From the NCBI GenBank assembly GCA_049667605.1, contig JBATIF010000204.1, positions 1-58,281 on the forward strand: 58,281 bases of DNA. The letters run 5' to 3'. The notes under the pieces were generated by a model. It did no database searches and was not told the DNA's origin. It was given only the letters and a program-made list of their open reading frames with translations. Positions 34,148 to 45,424 of this stretch are shown here, in pieces. Source of the DNA: Gammaproteobacteria bacterium. GTDB taxonomy: Bacteria; Pseudomonadota; Gammaproteobacteria; UBA9214. Position 1 is the first letter of the stretch. Every line of letters begins with the position of its first letter. Position numbers and translations under genes: made by a program.

Positions 34148-35215
34148 ATGCGTATAGGGATTCCGCGCGAAATCAAGCCTGTGGAAGGCCGGGTTGCGCT
34201 CACCCCGCAAGCATGCCGTGAACTGTCGAACGCCGGACATAAGGTCTTTGTAGAGCATAATGCCGGCGCATTATCCGGCTATCCTGATGATCAATACATT
34301 GCTGCCGGTGCCAGTATCGGGGCCGATGCAGCGGCAACCTATGGTGAAGACGGCTTAATCGTCAAGGTCAAGGAACCTGTCGCGGGTGATCTGCAGCACC
34401 TGCGCAGCAATCACCTGTTGTTCTGTTACCTGCACCTCGCTCCCAACCCGAAGCTGATACTCGCCTTGCAAAAAATCGGCCTGACAGCAGTCGCCTTTGA
34501 AACCGTAGAGACCGAAACTGGCGAGCTTCCCCTGCTTGCGCCGATGAGCGATATTGCCGGCCGGCTGGCGGTACAGGTGAGCACCTTCCTGCTGCATCAG
34601 CCACAGGGCGGCAAGGGTCTGCTACTCGGCGGAATAACAGGCGCGGAGCCGGGCAGGGTGGTCATAATCGGGGCAGGTAACGCGGGCAGTCATGCGGCCA
34701 TGCTGGCAGCGGCCTGCGGCGCTGAAGTTGTGGTTTTCGACGTGCGCACTGAGCGCCTCTCCGCAATGCGATCGCTGGGTGACAATGTCACGGCGCTGAT
34801 CCCCGATCCCGGAAATCTTGCCAGGGAAGTTGCCGCGGCCGATGTGCTGATTGGCGCAGCGCTCAAAACGGGCGGAAAATCACCCCATATCGTCTCACGC
34901 GAAATGATCAGGCAAATGATGGCTGGCAGCGTTGTTGTGGATATTTCGGTTGACCAGGGCGGCTGTATAGAAACCACGCGCCCGACGACATACGAAAACC
35001 CGACCTATATTGATGAAGGTGTGCTGCATTTCTGTGTCACCAATATGCCAGGTGCGGTGCCTCGTACCGCCACACAGGTACTTTCGACGACCTTGCTGCC
35101 GTATGTGCGGGCGATCTGCGAAGCCGACTGGAAATCGATACCCGAGTTGCAAAAAGGGATAAACATTGAAGCGGGTGCTATCATCCACCCGGCCCTGATA
35201 GAATCACCTGCCTGA
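34148..35215 (+). CDS. ald: alanine dehydrogenase
   Basis: MRIGIPREIKPVEGRVALTP and the NAD fold VVIIGAGNAGSHAA are present. Confidence 0.9.
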   Translation: MRIGIPREIKPVEGRVALTPQACRELSNAGHKVFVEHNAGALSGYPDDQYIAAGASIGADAAATYGEDGLIVKVKEPVAGDLQHLRSNHLLFCYLHLAPNPKLILALQKIGLTAVAFETVETETGELPLLAPMSDIAGRLAVQVSTFLLHQPQGGKGLLLGGITGAEPGRVVIIGAGNAGSHAAMLAAACGAEVVVFDVRTERLSAMRSLGDNVTALIPDPGNLAREVAAADVLIGAALKTGGKSPHIVSREMIRQMMAGSVVVDISVDQGGCIETTRPTTYENPTYIDEGVLHFCVTNMPGAVPRTATQVLSTTLLPYVRAICEADWKSIPELQKGINIEAGAIIHPALIESPA

Positions 35216-35255
35216 AGTATATCTGGCGCAATGACTACCTACGGAAATACATGAT

Positions 35256-37568
35256 TTGGCACAGGCACGACGAAAAAACAATACTGCAGAACGACTGACA
35301 TACCAGGTGTCGCGCGGGTTGCGCGAAGGCGCCTTGCTGATACTCGGTGCCATAGCGATTTATCTGCTGGTATCGCTGGCCAGTTACTACCCGGCTGATC
35401 CGGGATGGTCAAGCAGCGGGGCCGTTACCTACATCAAGAATGTAGGTGGCCTGATTGGTGCCTGGTTGGCTGATATCCTGCTTTATCTTCTCGGTTACCT
35501 TGCCTACCTGTTTCCGGTCATGATTGGCTACAGCGGCTGGCTGGTGTATCGCGGACATACCCCCACGGGCGGCATCGATCTGCACGTTCTGGCAATACGC
35601 TGGGCCGGATTCCTGATGACGGTCGGTGCAGGTTGCGGACTGGCTGCAATACAACCCGACGCAGCACAGAGTGCATTGCCTGCGGGTTCCGGTGGCGTCC
35701 TCGGTGAGGTGATCGGCAACAGCCTGATCGATCTGGTGAGCCCGGTTGGCGCCAGCCTGTTTCTGCTGGCGTCGTTTCTGACCGGGGCAACACTGTTCAC
35801 CGGGCTGTCCTGGCTGGCAGTCATGGATTTCATCGGTAAATACACCCTGCAGTTTACAGACTGGCTGATCGAACATGCCCGGGAAATACCTGCCAGGCTC
35901 GAAGCCAGGCGCAACCGCCTGCAGCGTGAAGAAGTCGTCAGGGCCAGCCAGGAAAAAGTTGCGCAGCGCAAACCGATCCGGATAGAACCTGTCATCCAGA
36001 AAACCAAACCCAGCGAGCGTATAGAGCGCGAGCGCCAGGTACCATTATTCGATCCACCGCCGAATACCGAGTTGCCACCGCTGTCATTACTGGATGGACC
36101 GGCACCTTCGCAGGATGGCTACTCGCCCTCGGCGCTGGAAGCCATGTCACGTCTTGTTGAAATGAAGCTGCTCGACTTCAATATCGAGGTCGAGGTCGTC
36201 GCAGTCAATCCCGGCCCCATCATTACACGTTTTGAACTCGATCTCGGTGCCGGTGTCAAAGTCAGTCAGGTCACCAACCTGGCCAAGGATATTGCCCGTG
36301 CACTCTCTGCCATCAGTGTTCGGGTTGTTGAAGTGATTCCCGGGAAATCGGTCATTGGACTTGAAATACCGAACGAGTACCGCGAGATAGTCAGTCTCGG
36401 CGAAATCCTTGCTTCACATGAATACGATGAGTCGGGCTCGTCGTTAACCATGGCGCTGGGTAAGGATATCAGCGGTGTGCCGGTCGTCGTGGACCTTGCA
36501 AAGATGCCGCATCTGCTGGTAGCCGGTACAACCGGGTCCGGCAAATCCGTGGCCGTAAACGCAATGATATTGAGCCTGCTTTACAAGGCACTGCCAAAAA
36601 ATGTACGCCTGATTATGATAGATCCGAAAATGCTGGAATTGTCCGTGTACGAAGGGATTCCGCACCTGTTGACGCCGGTTGTGACCGATATGAACGAGGC
36701 CGCCAATGCCTTGCGCTGGTGTGTTGGCGAAATGGAGCGGCGTTACCGCCTGATGGCTGCACTGGGCGTGCGTAACATCACCAGTTACAACCGCAAGGTC
36801 AAGGATGCGATTTACGCCGGTAGCCCGATACCGGATCCATTGTTTAAACCTGAAGAAGCCCTTGAGGGCACCGAGCATCCCCAACTGCAGGAGCTGCCCT
36901 TCATCGTCATTGTCATTGATGAGTTGGCCGACATGATGATGGTGGTCGGCAAGAAGGTCGAGGAACTGATTGCGCGTCTCGCACAGAAGGCACGTGCTGC
37001 CGGTGTCCACCTGATTCTGGCGACCCAGCGTCCCTCGGTGGATGTGATTACCGGGCTGATCAAGGCCAATATTCCTACGCGGATTGCTTTCCAGGTGTCT
37101 TCGAAGATTGATTCCCGGACGATTCTTGACCAGATGGGGGCAGAGCAGTTACTGGGACACGGCGACATGTTGTATATGCCGCCGGGTACCGCGGTGCCCG
37201 TTCGCGTACACGGCGCGTTTGTCTCCGACCAGGAGGTTCACAGGGTTGCTTCGCATCTCAAGGGCAAGTCCGGGCCGGAATACATGAGCGAGATACTCGA
37301 GGCACAGACAGACCCGGTTCCCGGTCTGTCGCCCGAAAAAGGCGGTGGCGGGGGTGATGACACGGAGTCCGACCCCCTTTACGACCAGGCGGTTGCCATC
37401 GTCACACAGACGCGCCGCGCATCCATTTCCGGGGTACAGCGGCGCCTGAAAATCGGTTACAACCGTGCCGCGCGCATGATAGAGCACATGGAGCTAACCG
37501 GCATAGTCGGGCCGATGGAAAACAATGGCAGCCGGGAAGTGCTCGCTCCACCGCCACCTGACGCATGA
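35256..37568 (+). CDS. ftsK: DNA translocase FtsK
   Basis: N-terminal TM segments are followed by a linker, the motor domain ([24 protein letters not shown]) and a gamma winged-helix domain ([21 protein letters not shown]). The only in-frame start at the ORF head is TTG 35256. Confidence 0.95.
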   Translation: MAQARRKNNTAERLTYQVSRGLREGALLILGAIAIYLLVSLASYYPADPGWSSSGAVTYIKNVGGLIGAWLADILLYLLGYLAYLFPVMIGYSGWLVYRGHTPTGGIDLHVLAIRWAGFLMTVGAGCGLAAIQPDAAQSALPAGSGGVLGEVIGNSLIDLVSPVGASLFLLASFLTGATLFTGLSWLAVMDFIGKYTLQFTDWLIEHAREIPARLEARRNRLQREEVVRASQEKVAQRKPIRIEPVIQKTKPSERIERERQVPLFDPPPNTELPPLSLLDGPAPSQDGYSPSALEAMSRLVEMKLLDFNIEVEVVAVNPGPIITRFELDLGAGVKVSQVTNLAKDIARALSAISVRVVEVIPGKSVIGLEIPNEYREIVSLGEILASHEYDESGSSLTMALGKDISGVPVVVDLAKMPHLLVAGTTGSGKSVAVNAMILSLLYKALPKNVRLIMIDPKMLELSVYEGIPHLLTPVVTDMNEAANALRWCVGEMERRYRLMAALGVRNITSYNRKVKDAIYAGSPIPDPLFKPEEALEGTEHPQLQELPFIVIVIDELADMMMVVGKKVEELIARLAQKARAAGVHLILATQRPSVDVITGLIKANIPTRIAFQVSSKIDSRTILDQMGAEQLLGHGDMLYMPPGTAVPVRVHGAFVSDQEVHRVASHLKGKSGPEYMSEILEAQTDPVPGLSPEKGGGGGDDTESDPLYDQAVAIVTQTRRASISGVQRRLKIGYNRAARMIEHMELTGIVGPMENNGSREVLAPPPPDA

Positions 37569-38197
37569 ACACATTCGTACACCGATTCGTTGCTGCCTGG
37601 CTGCTACTGCTGCCGGGCGCAGGCATCCAGGCCGATCCAGGGCAGGGTTATGCAAAGGATTATTTCAACAATCTGCGCACCCTGGAGGCTGATTTTAACC
37701 AGCAGGTGGTCGACAGCGAGCACAACTTACAGCAGTCTTCGCAAGGTCATATGTGGATACAGCGCCCGGGGCTTTTCCGCTGGGATTACGAAACACCCTA
37801 CCGCCAGCAAATTGTAGCCGATGGAGAACGCCTCTGGTCATATGATGAAGATCTCGAACAGGTATCCGTACAAAACGTGACTGATGTGCTGACGTCGACA
37901 CCGGCCATGCTGTTGAGCGGTTCCCGGCCAATGGAGGATGTCTTTGCTATCGAGGAGCCGGCATCCGACAGTCCAGCCAGGCAGGTGCTGCTGACACCCA
38001 AGTCCGGCGACAGTAATGTTACCGCGATCACCCTGTATTTCGATGCCGATACGCTGGTGGGAATGCGGGCACTCGACAGTTTCGGTAATACAACGACATT
38101 TTCTTTTTTCAATCTCGAGCGCAACCGGGATATTGACCCGCAACTCTTCCGCTTTATTCCTCCGGCCAATACCGATGTAATCGGAGATGCCGGGTAA
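37565..38197 (+). CDS. lolA: outer-membrane lipoprotein carrier protein LolA
   Basis: A signal peptide and F.Q........[14 protein letters not shown] are present. There is an ATGA overlap with ftsK. Confidence 0.9.
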   Translation: MNTFVHRFVAAWLLLLPGAGIQADPGQGYAKDYFNNLRTLEADFNQQVVDSEHNLQQSSQGHMWIQRPGLFRWDYETPYRQQIVADGERLWSYDEDLEQVSVQNVTDVLTSTPAMLLSGSRPMEDVFAIEEPASDSPARQVLLTPKSGDSNVTAITLYFDADTLVGMRALDSFGNTTTFSFFNLERNRDIDPQLFRFIPPANTDVIGDAG

Positions 38198-38218
38198 CCG
38201 TTTCGTGTTGCAAGCCGG

Positions 38219-39538
38219 ATGACGCATGCAGCTGAAGCCTGGAGACCCCTGGCTGACCGGATGCGTCCACGCACGCTGGCTGCATTCGCCGGCCAGTCCC
38301 ATATCCTGGGTGTTGGCAAACCCCTGCGTCGTGCCATAGAAGAGGGCAACCTGCACTCTATGGTGCTGTGGGGCCCGCCGGGGACGGGGAAAACCACCCT
38401 GGCGAGACTACTGGCGGAGCAGACGCAGGCAGAATTTCTGCCTCTGTCGGCCGTACTTGCCGGCGTCAAGGATATCCGCAATGCCGTTGCGACCGCACGG
38501 CGGGTGCGGGAGCTGGAATCCCGCCTGACCATTCTTTTTATCGACGAGGCACACCGCTTCAACAAGGCACAGCAGGACGCCTTCCTGCCTCATGTAGAAG
38601 ACGGTACCGTCATTTTTATTGGCGCGACAACCGAGAATCCGTCTTTTGAACTAAACAGCGCATTGTTATCGCGCGCCAGGACCTACGTACTGAAACGCCT
38701 CGAGGCGCAGGACCTGCGTAAAATCATCGATCTGGCGTTAAGCGATCGTATCAACGGGCTGGGCGGGCGCGAGATCGAGTTGGCTGAGGAACTGCGTGAC
38801 CGGCTTGTACAGGCCGCTGATGGTGATGCCCGGCGCGCACTCAACCTGCTGGAGATCGTTGCGGACCTGGCAGATGAGACCGGGGACAGGCCTGTTGTGC
38901 ACGAGTCGATACTTAACGAGGTCATTACCGGTGGCAGCCGGCGCTTTGACAAGGGCGGCGATGATTTCTATGACCAGATTTCAGCGTTGCACAAATCAGT
39001 TCGCGGTTCGTCGCCTGATGCAGCACTCTACTGGCTGACACGCATGCTGGATGGGGGATGCGATCCCCTGTATGTCGCGCGACGCATCGTGCGGATGGCG
39101 TCCGAAGACATCGGTAACGCGGATCCGCGCGCACTGGCCCTGAGCCTGGATGCCTGGGATGTACAGGAGCGTCTTGGCAGTCCGGAGGGGGAGCTGGCGC
39201 TGGCGCAGGCGGTAATTTACCTTGCCTGTGCCGCCAAGAGTAATGCGGTCTACAAGGCCTATAACGCCGCCAGGTCGGACATCGGCAAGACAGGGTCACT
39301 GGAAGTGCCGGTCCATCTGCGCAACGCGCCTACCAGGCTGATGAAGGAACTCGGTTATGGCAAGGCCTACCGTTATGCACACGATGAAGCGGAAGGCTAT
39401 GCTGCGGGTGAAGACTATTTTCCGGAAGACATGCCGGCGCGTGACTATTACCAGCCGGTCGCGCGCGGCCTGGAGATAAAAATCGCTGAAAAGCTGGCAC
39501 ATCTTCGCGAGCTCGACAAGAAACATAAGCCAGGCTGA
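38219..39538 (+). CDS. rarA: replication-associated recombination protein A
   Basis: The AAA+ motifs [10 protein letters not shown] and [11 protein letters not shown] are present, with a MgsA C-terminal domain ([20 protein letters not shown]). Confidence 0.95.
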   Translation: MTHAAEAWRPLADRMRPRTLAAFAGQSHILGVGKPLRRAIEEGNLHSMVLWGPPGTGKTTLARLLAEQTQAEFLPLSAVLAGVKDIRNAVATARRVRELESRLTILFIDEAHRFNKAQQDAFLPHVEDGTVIFIGATTENPSFELNSALLSRARTYVLKRLEAQDLRKIIDLALSDRINGLGGREIELAEELRDRLVQAADGDARRALNLLEIVADLADETGDRPVVHESILNEVITGGSRRFDKGGDDFYDQISALHKSVRGSSPDAALYWLTRMLDGGCDPLYVARRIVRMASEDIGNADPRALALSLDAWDVQERLGSPEGELALAQAVIYLACAAKSNAVYKAYNAARSDIGKTGSLEVPVHLRNAPTRLMKELGYGKAYRYAHDEAEGYAAGEDYFPEDMPARDYYQPVARGLEIKIAEKLAHLRELDKKHKPG

Positions 39539-39552
39539 TTTATTACTTTTGC

Positions 39553-39615
39553 AGGAGCGCCTTGCAGGCGCGAATTAGTCTCATGCAGCGGCATCGCACC
39601 TGCAGGCAAACCTAC
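39553..39615. repeat. REP-like palindromic element, degenerate copy
   Basis: The left arm AGGAGCGCCTTGCAGGCGCGA is identical to 58040-58060. The right arm ATCGCACCTGCAGGCAAACCTAC is a decayed version of 58079-58102. Confidence 0.75.
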
Positions 39616-39655
39616 GGCTGGAGGGGGGCGCTGCCTGCGTGTACCATTACACCCC

Positions 39656-40051
39656 ATGATTACCATGGCTACTCAGATGACGCAGTTGCTTGCCATAGCG
39701 GCTGGTGGCGCGATTGGTGCCGTACTGCGTTACTGGCTGTCCACGGCTATACAAAGCCGCACGGCATCGGCCTTCCCGTATGGCACGCTCACGGTTAACG
39801 TGGTCGGCAGCCTGCTCATCGGCTTCCTCTATATATGGCTGACCGAGCGCATGGTTGTCGGGCCGGCCGGCCGTGCGTTTGTGCTGATTGGCGTACTCGG
39901 TGCCTTTACAACCTTTTCGACATTCTCCATCGAAACGCTGAATCTCATGGAATCCGGCCAGCCCGGCAAGGCCCTTGTCAATGTGCTGGCCAGTGTTATT
40001 GTATGCGTCAGCGCCGCTGCTGCCGGCGTGCTTGCAGCGAGGCAGTTATGA
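39656..40051 (+). CDS. crcB: fluoride efflux channel CrcB/FluC
   Basis: The 131-aa protein has 4 TM segments and the motifs GGAIGAVLRY and GVLGAFTTFSTFS. Confidence 0.9.
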   Translation: MITMATQMTQLLAIAAGGAIGAVLRYWLSTAIQSRTASAFPYGTLTVNVVGSLLIGFLYIWLTERMVVGPAGRAFVLIGVLGAFTTFSTFSIETLNLMESGQPGKALVNVLASVIVCVSAAAAGVLAARQL

Positions 40052-40353
40052 ATACGCTTGATGTCGTTTTTGTGCGGATTTACCTGACCGAGGGTGAGGC
40101 TCGGATGGAGAAACTCCTGCAGTGCCTGCACGATGACGAAAAGGTACAGGGGGTAACGGTATTCAGGGGGATCGCCGGATTCGGCAAATCCGGGGAAATG
40201 CACTCGTCCTCGTTACTCGATATGTCACTGGATTTGCCGTTGGTGGTTGAATTTTTTGACGTGCCGGCGAAAGTGAACATTATCCTCGAGCATATTCGCA
40301 AGGATATCGAACCGGGCCATATTGTCAGCTGGCCGGGAACACTGGTCGTTTAG
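40048..40353 (+). CDS. DUF190 (PII-like) domain protein, crcB-associated
   Basis: MNTLDVVFVRIYLTEGE...GVTVFRGIAGFG matches the DUF190 pattern. There is an ATGA overlap with the crcB stop. The listed ORF (39835..) only becomes plausible from this ATG. Confidence 0.78.
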   Translation: MNTLDVVFVRIYLTEGEARMEKLLQCLHDDEKVQGVTVFRGIAGFGKSGEMHSSSLLDMSLDLPLVVEFFDVPAKVNIILEHIRKDIEPGHIVSWPGTLVV

Positions 40354-40406
40354 AAATACGCAGCGCCATCCACCGCTACACCGATCCCGCAACAGATAAA
40401 GAGTAG

Positions 40407-41690
<1,284 letters not shown>

Positions 41691-41756
41691 TTTTAACTCC
41701 TCACATCAAGCCTCTCCCTGAGGGAGAGGGAGTGAACGGGGTAATATTCCGATTCT

Positions 41757-43148
41757 ATGCAACTTTCAAGAACAGAGCGTTTTCTGCAAATCTTCACGGA
41801 GGTGCGACCAGGTGAGGGCTCTACTGCGCTCCTCATGTTCGCCAATGTCTTTCTGATTCTCTGTGCCTACTATTTTATCAAGCCATTGAGAGAGGGCTGG
41901 ATTTCAATATCGGATATCTCGGGATTGTCAAAGATGGAGGTCAAGGCCTATTCCAGCTTTGCACAGAGTGTAGTCTTGCTGTTCATCGTCGGCTGGTATG
42001 CACGCCTGTCCGGGCGCTGGGACCGGTCCAGCTTGATTACACGGGCAACCCTGTTCTGTATTTCAAACATGGTCATCTTCTGGTTCCTCCAGCCAGGATT
42101 CTTTTTTGAGCAATTACCGGCTTCAGGTATCTTCTTCTATCTTTGGGTTGGTATGTTCGGAGTATTCGTTGTTGCCCAGTTCTGGACTTTCTGTGCCGAT
42201 GTCTATACCAACGAGTCCGGTAAGCGTCTGTTACCCCTGATCGCCATCGGCGCGACATCCGGGGCGGCGGCAGGTTCATGGATTGTCGATCTGCTGGTGG
42301 AAAACGGGATTATACCCACCGAGGGTTTGCTGCTGGTGGCGACAATACCGCTGTTTATTTCTATCATCTTGACTCGCATAGTTGATGCACGCCAACGCAG
42401 CATTATAAAAACCGTCGACAATATCCCCGGGGAGACCGCTGAAGTAGCGCTGGAGAAGGGTGCCGCCTTCCTGCTAAGTGGTGCCAGGCTTGTTCTTATC
42501 AGCCGATTTATGCTTGCAGCGGCATTGGTGACGCTATTGACCAACTGGGTGAATACCAATGGAGAGAACCTGTTGTTCCAGGTTATTCAGGCTAGCCTGA
42601 CGGAGCAGGCAGCCGCAGAGGGTGTGACTGCCCCGGAGGCAATCCGCATATTCACCCGCGACGGGACTACTGCATTCTACGGGAATTTTTATTTTTGGGT
42701 GAATGTCGTGGCATTGCTGCTGCAATCCCTGGTGGCCTCGCGACTACTGAAGTACGGTGGCTTTGCAGCGATACTGCTGATCCTGCCCGTAATCGCCCTG
42801 GTGTCGTACACTACGATGGCATTGCTGCCGATTCTGGTCATCGTGAAAATGATGAAGATAGCTGAAAATGCTACAGACTACTCGATTAACAACACTTCAC
42901 GCCATGTGCTCTGGTTGCCGATAAGTTCGGCCCTGAAATTTCGTGGCAAGCCGGCCATCGATACGCTCTATGTGCGCATTGGTGACGGACTTGCAGCATT
43001 GACCGTACTGGTTGGCGTGCAGTTCCTTTCGCTAGCAACCGAGCAGTTCTTTATGTTCAATGTATTCCTTGTGTTGCTATGGCTGGTCGCCGGTATCATA
43101 CTGGTACGAGAACACCGCAAGGCGTCGTCAGAAGAATCCATGGTGTAA
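41757..43148 (+). CDS. TLC-type (ATP/ADP translocase-like, Npt1/Npt2 family) polytopic transporter
   Basis: The 463-aa protein has about 11-12 TM segments. Its N-terminal block (FANVFLILCAYYFIKPLREG) resembles the conserved first helix of the TLC/COG3202 family. Confidence 0.6.
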   Translation: MQLSRTERFLQIFTEVRPGEGSTALLMFANVFLILCAYYFIKPLREGWISISDISGLSKMEVKAYSSFAQSVVLLFIVGWYARLSGRWDRSSLITRATLFCISNMVIFWFLQPGFFFEQLPASGIFFYLWVGMFGVFVVAQFWTFCADVYTNESGKRLLPLIAIGATSGAAAGSWIVDLLVENGIIPTEGLLLVATIPLFISIILTRIVDARQRSIIKTVDNIPGETAEVALEKGAAFLLSGARLVLISRFMLAAALVTLLTNWVNTNGENLLFQVIQASLTEQAAAEGVTAPEAIRIFTRDGTTAFYGNFYFWVNVVALLLQSLVASRLLKYGGFAAILLILPVIALVSYTTMALLPILVIVKMMKIAENATDYSINNTSRHVLWLPISSALKFRGKPAIDTLYVRIGDGLAALTVLVGVQFLSLATEQFFMFNVFLVLLWLVAGIILVREHRKASSEESMV

Positions 43149-43161
43149 TGCGGTATTGCAA

Positions 43162-43995
43162 CTATTTATCGAGCGTCAGAATTTTCTGTCGTAGTTGCTC
43201 ATTATGGGGTAGTGCGTAATCAAAGTTGTAAATGGATGATTCCCAGTGCCCATACATCGGGTTTGGCAGGATGATCCATTGACGCCCCCACCGGCCTTCA
43301 TAGTCCCGGGCCAACTTGCGGCGGATACCGGGAGCAGTTTTTGACCCATCCACAAAGTCTTCCAGGTTGTCACCGAGTAGCAACAGGATACGATAATTCT
43401 GAGCCACATGCCTACGTCGATCTGACTTTGACATTCCATTGCTTAAAAAAAGTCTGGATTCAACGGGTAGGGGTAATTTCAGTTGATGCAGGTTGCGCAA
43501 GGTGCATTCACGCAGCTTTTCCCTGCGTGCGCTGTAATAAAAGATAGCAACCCCCTTTTCTGCCGCATGATCAAGGAAAGTCTTTGCCCCCGTCACCGCA
43601 GGTGCATTGTTTTCCCTGCACCAGTCGGCAAAGCTGGAATGGGTATATTGCCCGAGTTGATTTATGATCAGGACTTCATAGGCGGTGTTATCCAGAACGG
43701 TTTCATCCAGATCGAGCATGATCGCGGGGGGCAGGTTGTTGTAGTCAGTGTCTTGCTCGAGGGCTGCGGACCATTGTGGGTCTGCAAGTGCCTTGTCGAG
43801 ATTGTATTTTGCAAGTTGCCATGCCTGACTGGTAACGCCGATGTATTCAGCAGAGGTCCGTTGCCACAAGGTGGCGTTGAGCATTTCGTGCGACCCTGTC
43901 CTGACTGCGGGGTTGATGCATCCGGTCAATGATAGCGACAGACATGCCGTTATGAGGCCCGTAGATAAGCCATATCGTTTGTTTGCCTTGTCCAT
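43162..43995 (-). CDS. 5'-nucleotidase / class C acid phosphatase, lipoprotein e(P4) family
   Basis: A lipobox is present (LSLTGC). The HAD motifs DLDETVLDNT and LLLGDNLEDF align closely with Haemophilus e(P4). Confidence 0.85.
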   Translation of the reverse strand: MDKANKRYGLSTGLITACLSLSLTGCINPAVRTGSHEMLNATLWQRTSAEYIGVTSQAWQLAKYNLDKALADPQWSAALEQDTDYNNLPPAIMLDLDETVLDNTAYEVLIINQLGQYTHSSFADWCRENNAPAVTGAKTFLDHAAEKGVAIFYYSARREKLRECTLRNLHQLKLPLPVESRLFLSNGMSKSDRRRHVAQNYRILLLLGDNLEDFVDGSKTAPGIRRKLARDYEGRWGRQWIILPNPMYGHWESSIYNFDYALPHNEQLRQKILTLDK

Positions 43996-44183
43996 CAGGT
44001 AATCGCTAAGTGAAAGAGCAACTGGTACAGGTTCAGCGAAGTTTACAAGGGCTCATCATACATCGCAAAACAATCAAAATGCTTTGACAATAGCCCGCTG
44101 CACAGAAGTACAGCCATAATTGGCTGTATGGGGGCAGGTAGTGGTTTCCTGGTAGCGTTTGCCGCGGGGGCAGATCCTGGAAG

Positions 44184-45080
44184 TTACTGGTTGGTGTTGC
44201 TCGCCAGCCTTTTGGGTACCATGAACTGGTGGATAGGCCTGATCATGCTTTTCAACCATTTGCCACCGTTCTTGTTTTCAGCCAAGCCCACGATGATGTA
44301 CTTATGGCCATCAGCCTCAACAATTGCACTGTCAGCATGCCAGCGGCTCCAGGAGCCGGACTTGCGAAAGATCTTTGCATCAGGAAAAGAAGCAAGGCCC
44401 TTTACGAACTTGTGATTGATACCCGGGTTACCCAGCATCGCTTTCATTTCACTTGTCAACTCGGGATTTGCCACGCGGCCGGTTTCCATCAGGTAGTACA
44501 ACCTTGCCGCCTGCATGGCAGTGGCTCCGTGAGAGAGGTTGTGCAGAGGGTCGCGTTTGTAGGCGGCGGATTTGCCATATTCCTTGCCAATCCAGAGTCC
44601 ACCATTTACTCGCTCGTCATACAGGTGAAATTTATCGTCTTGCAGGATTTCCAGCAACCGGTTTTTGCCAACGTGATTCAGCATGCGGGTTGCATCGGCG
44701 TTTGATGACTTTCTGATCATGCGGGTCAAGGAAGCTCGAGTGTCCTCATCCAGGACCATGTTGCCATGGTCGATCTCTACAAAAGCGCCCAGCAAGATTG
44801 CGATCTTCGGGAGGCTTGCTGCATAGAGCATCGTGTCCCCGTTGACAGAGGCCACCAGGGGCTCTTCCGGATCGGTAATATCAACCAGGGTGACACCCAG
44901 TTTTTTGTCACGCACAGCCTTATTGAGGCCCAGGTCTTCAAGGACACCTTCAAGTTGCACCTGAAGACCGTGGTCATAGCTCTCCCACAGGGTAGGGTAG
45001 CCATCCATACCGTCGGCGGAAACCTGGGCAGAAGCGAATATCGCCATGAGTGCAACAACGGTTGTACGCAGGTTGCTCAT
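44184..45080 (-). CDS. exported class A beta-lactamase-fold serine hydrolase
   Basis: A signal peptide is present (VVALMAIFASAQVSA). All three motifs are present: SxxK (SLPK), SxN (SSN) and KxG (KSG). ATG at 45080 is preceded by GGAG. The ORF is open to 45116. Confidence 0.75.
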   Translation of the reverse strand: MSNLRTTVVALMAIFASAQVSADGMDGYPTLWESYDHGLQVQLEGVLEDLGLNKAVRDKKLGVTLVDITDPEEPLVASVNGDTMLYAASLPKIAILLGAFVEIDHGNMVLDEDTRASLTRMIRKSSNADATRMLNHVGKNRLLEILQDDKFHLYDERVNGGLWIGKEYGKSAAYKRDPLHNLSHGATAMQAARLYYLMETGRVANPELTSEMKAMLGNPGINHKFVKGLASFPDAKIFRKSGSWSRWHADSAIVEADGHKYIIVGLAENKNGGKWLKSMIRPIHQFMVPKRLASNTNQ

Positions 45081-45188
45081 TATGACTCCAGAAATGGTTG
45101 TACGTGAGTTGCACATGTAAGCTAGGATTGTAACATTATTTACTGTTACGACCTAACCAAAGTCGGCTTGAATTATCATGGAAACAGG

Positions 45189-45202
45189 TGTGAATATTCA
45201 CA
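45189..45202. promoter_or_regulatory. perfect 14-bp palindrome TGTGAATATTCACA in a divergent promoter region (candidate operator)
   Basis: The sequence is self-complementary over all 14 nt. It lies in the AT-rich gap between the divergent hydrolase (start 45080) and the TLC-HEAT transporter (start 45425). Confidence 0.45.
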
Positions 45203-45424
45203 ATAATTTTCCCGCTAGCTCCACGAAACACTATTCTAAGATACTGAATAACATAATAAATATTCAATTACAAGCTGCATTTTTCATTAAATCACGGTCC
45301 CGGCCCAAATTGCAGCGTCAAGCCAACATTACGATTGCGCCGGGATTCATGATCGGGATGCCTGAGATGATACTGGCGTGAAACTCACCCTGAATGCCAG
45401 CAATAAAACGGTCCGCTACCAGCC

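Noticed and set aside
37798-38565. 255-aa minus-strand ORF
   Set aside because: It is antisense to lolA/rarA and is Ser/Arg/Ala-rich shadow-frame sequence. Both sense genes carry clear family motifs.
39539-39655. Expected fluoride (crcB-motif) riboswitch upstream of crcB
   Set aside because: I could not find the conserved GGnGAUGG / CUGAUGA..CCUAC elements by eye. The leader is mostly the REP-like repeat. This needs cmsearch with RF01734 for a definitive answer.
41711-41729. Hairpin CCTCTCC-CTGAG-GGAGAGG after serS as a rho-independent terminator
   Set aside because: No T-run follows the stem (the next bases are GAGTGAACGGGG). It may still be a structural element, but it does not meet intrinsic-terminator criteria.
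45189-45202. Calling the TGTGAATATTCACA palindrome a canonical CRP site
   Set aside because: Canonical CRP sites have TGTGA-N6-TCACA. Here the spacer is 4 nt, so I keep it only as an unassigned candidate operator.
45178-45381. 67-aa plus-strand ORF in the gap between the hydrolase and the TLC-HEAT gene
   Set aside because: It lies in the AT-rich promoter region, has Asn/Ile/Lys-biased composition and no RBS, and covers the palindromic candidate operator. It is more likely non-coding.
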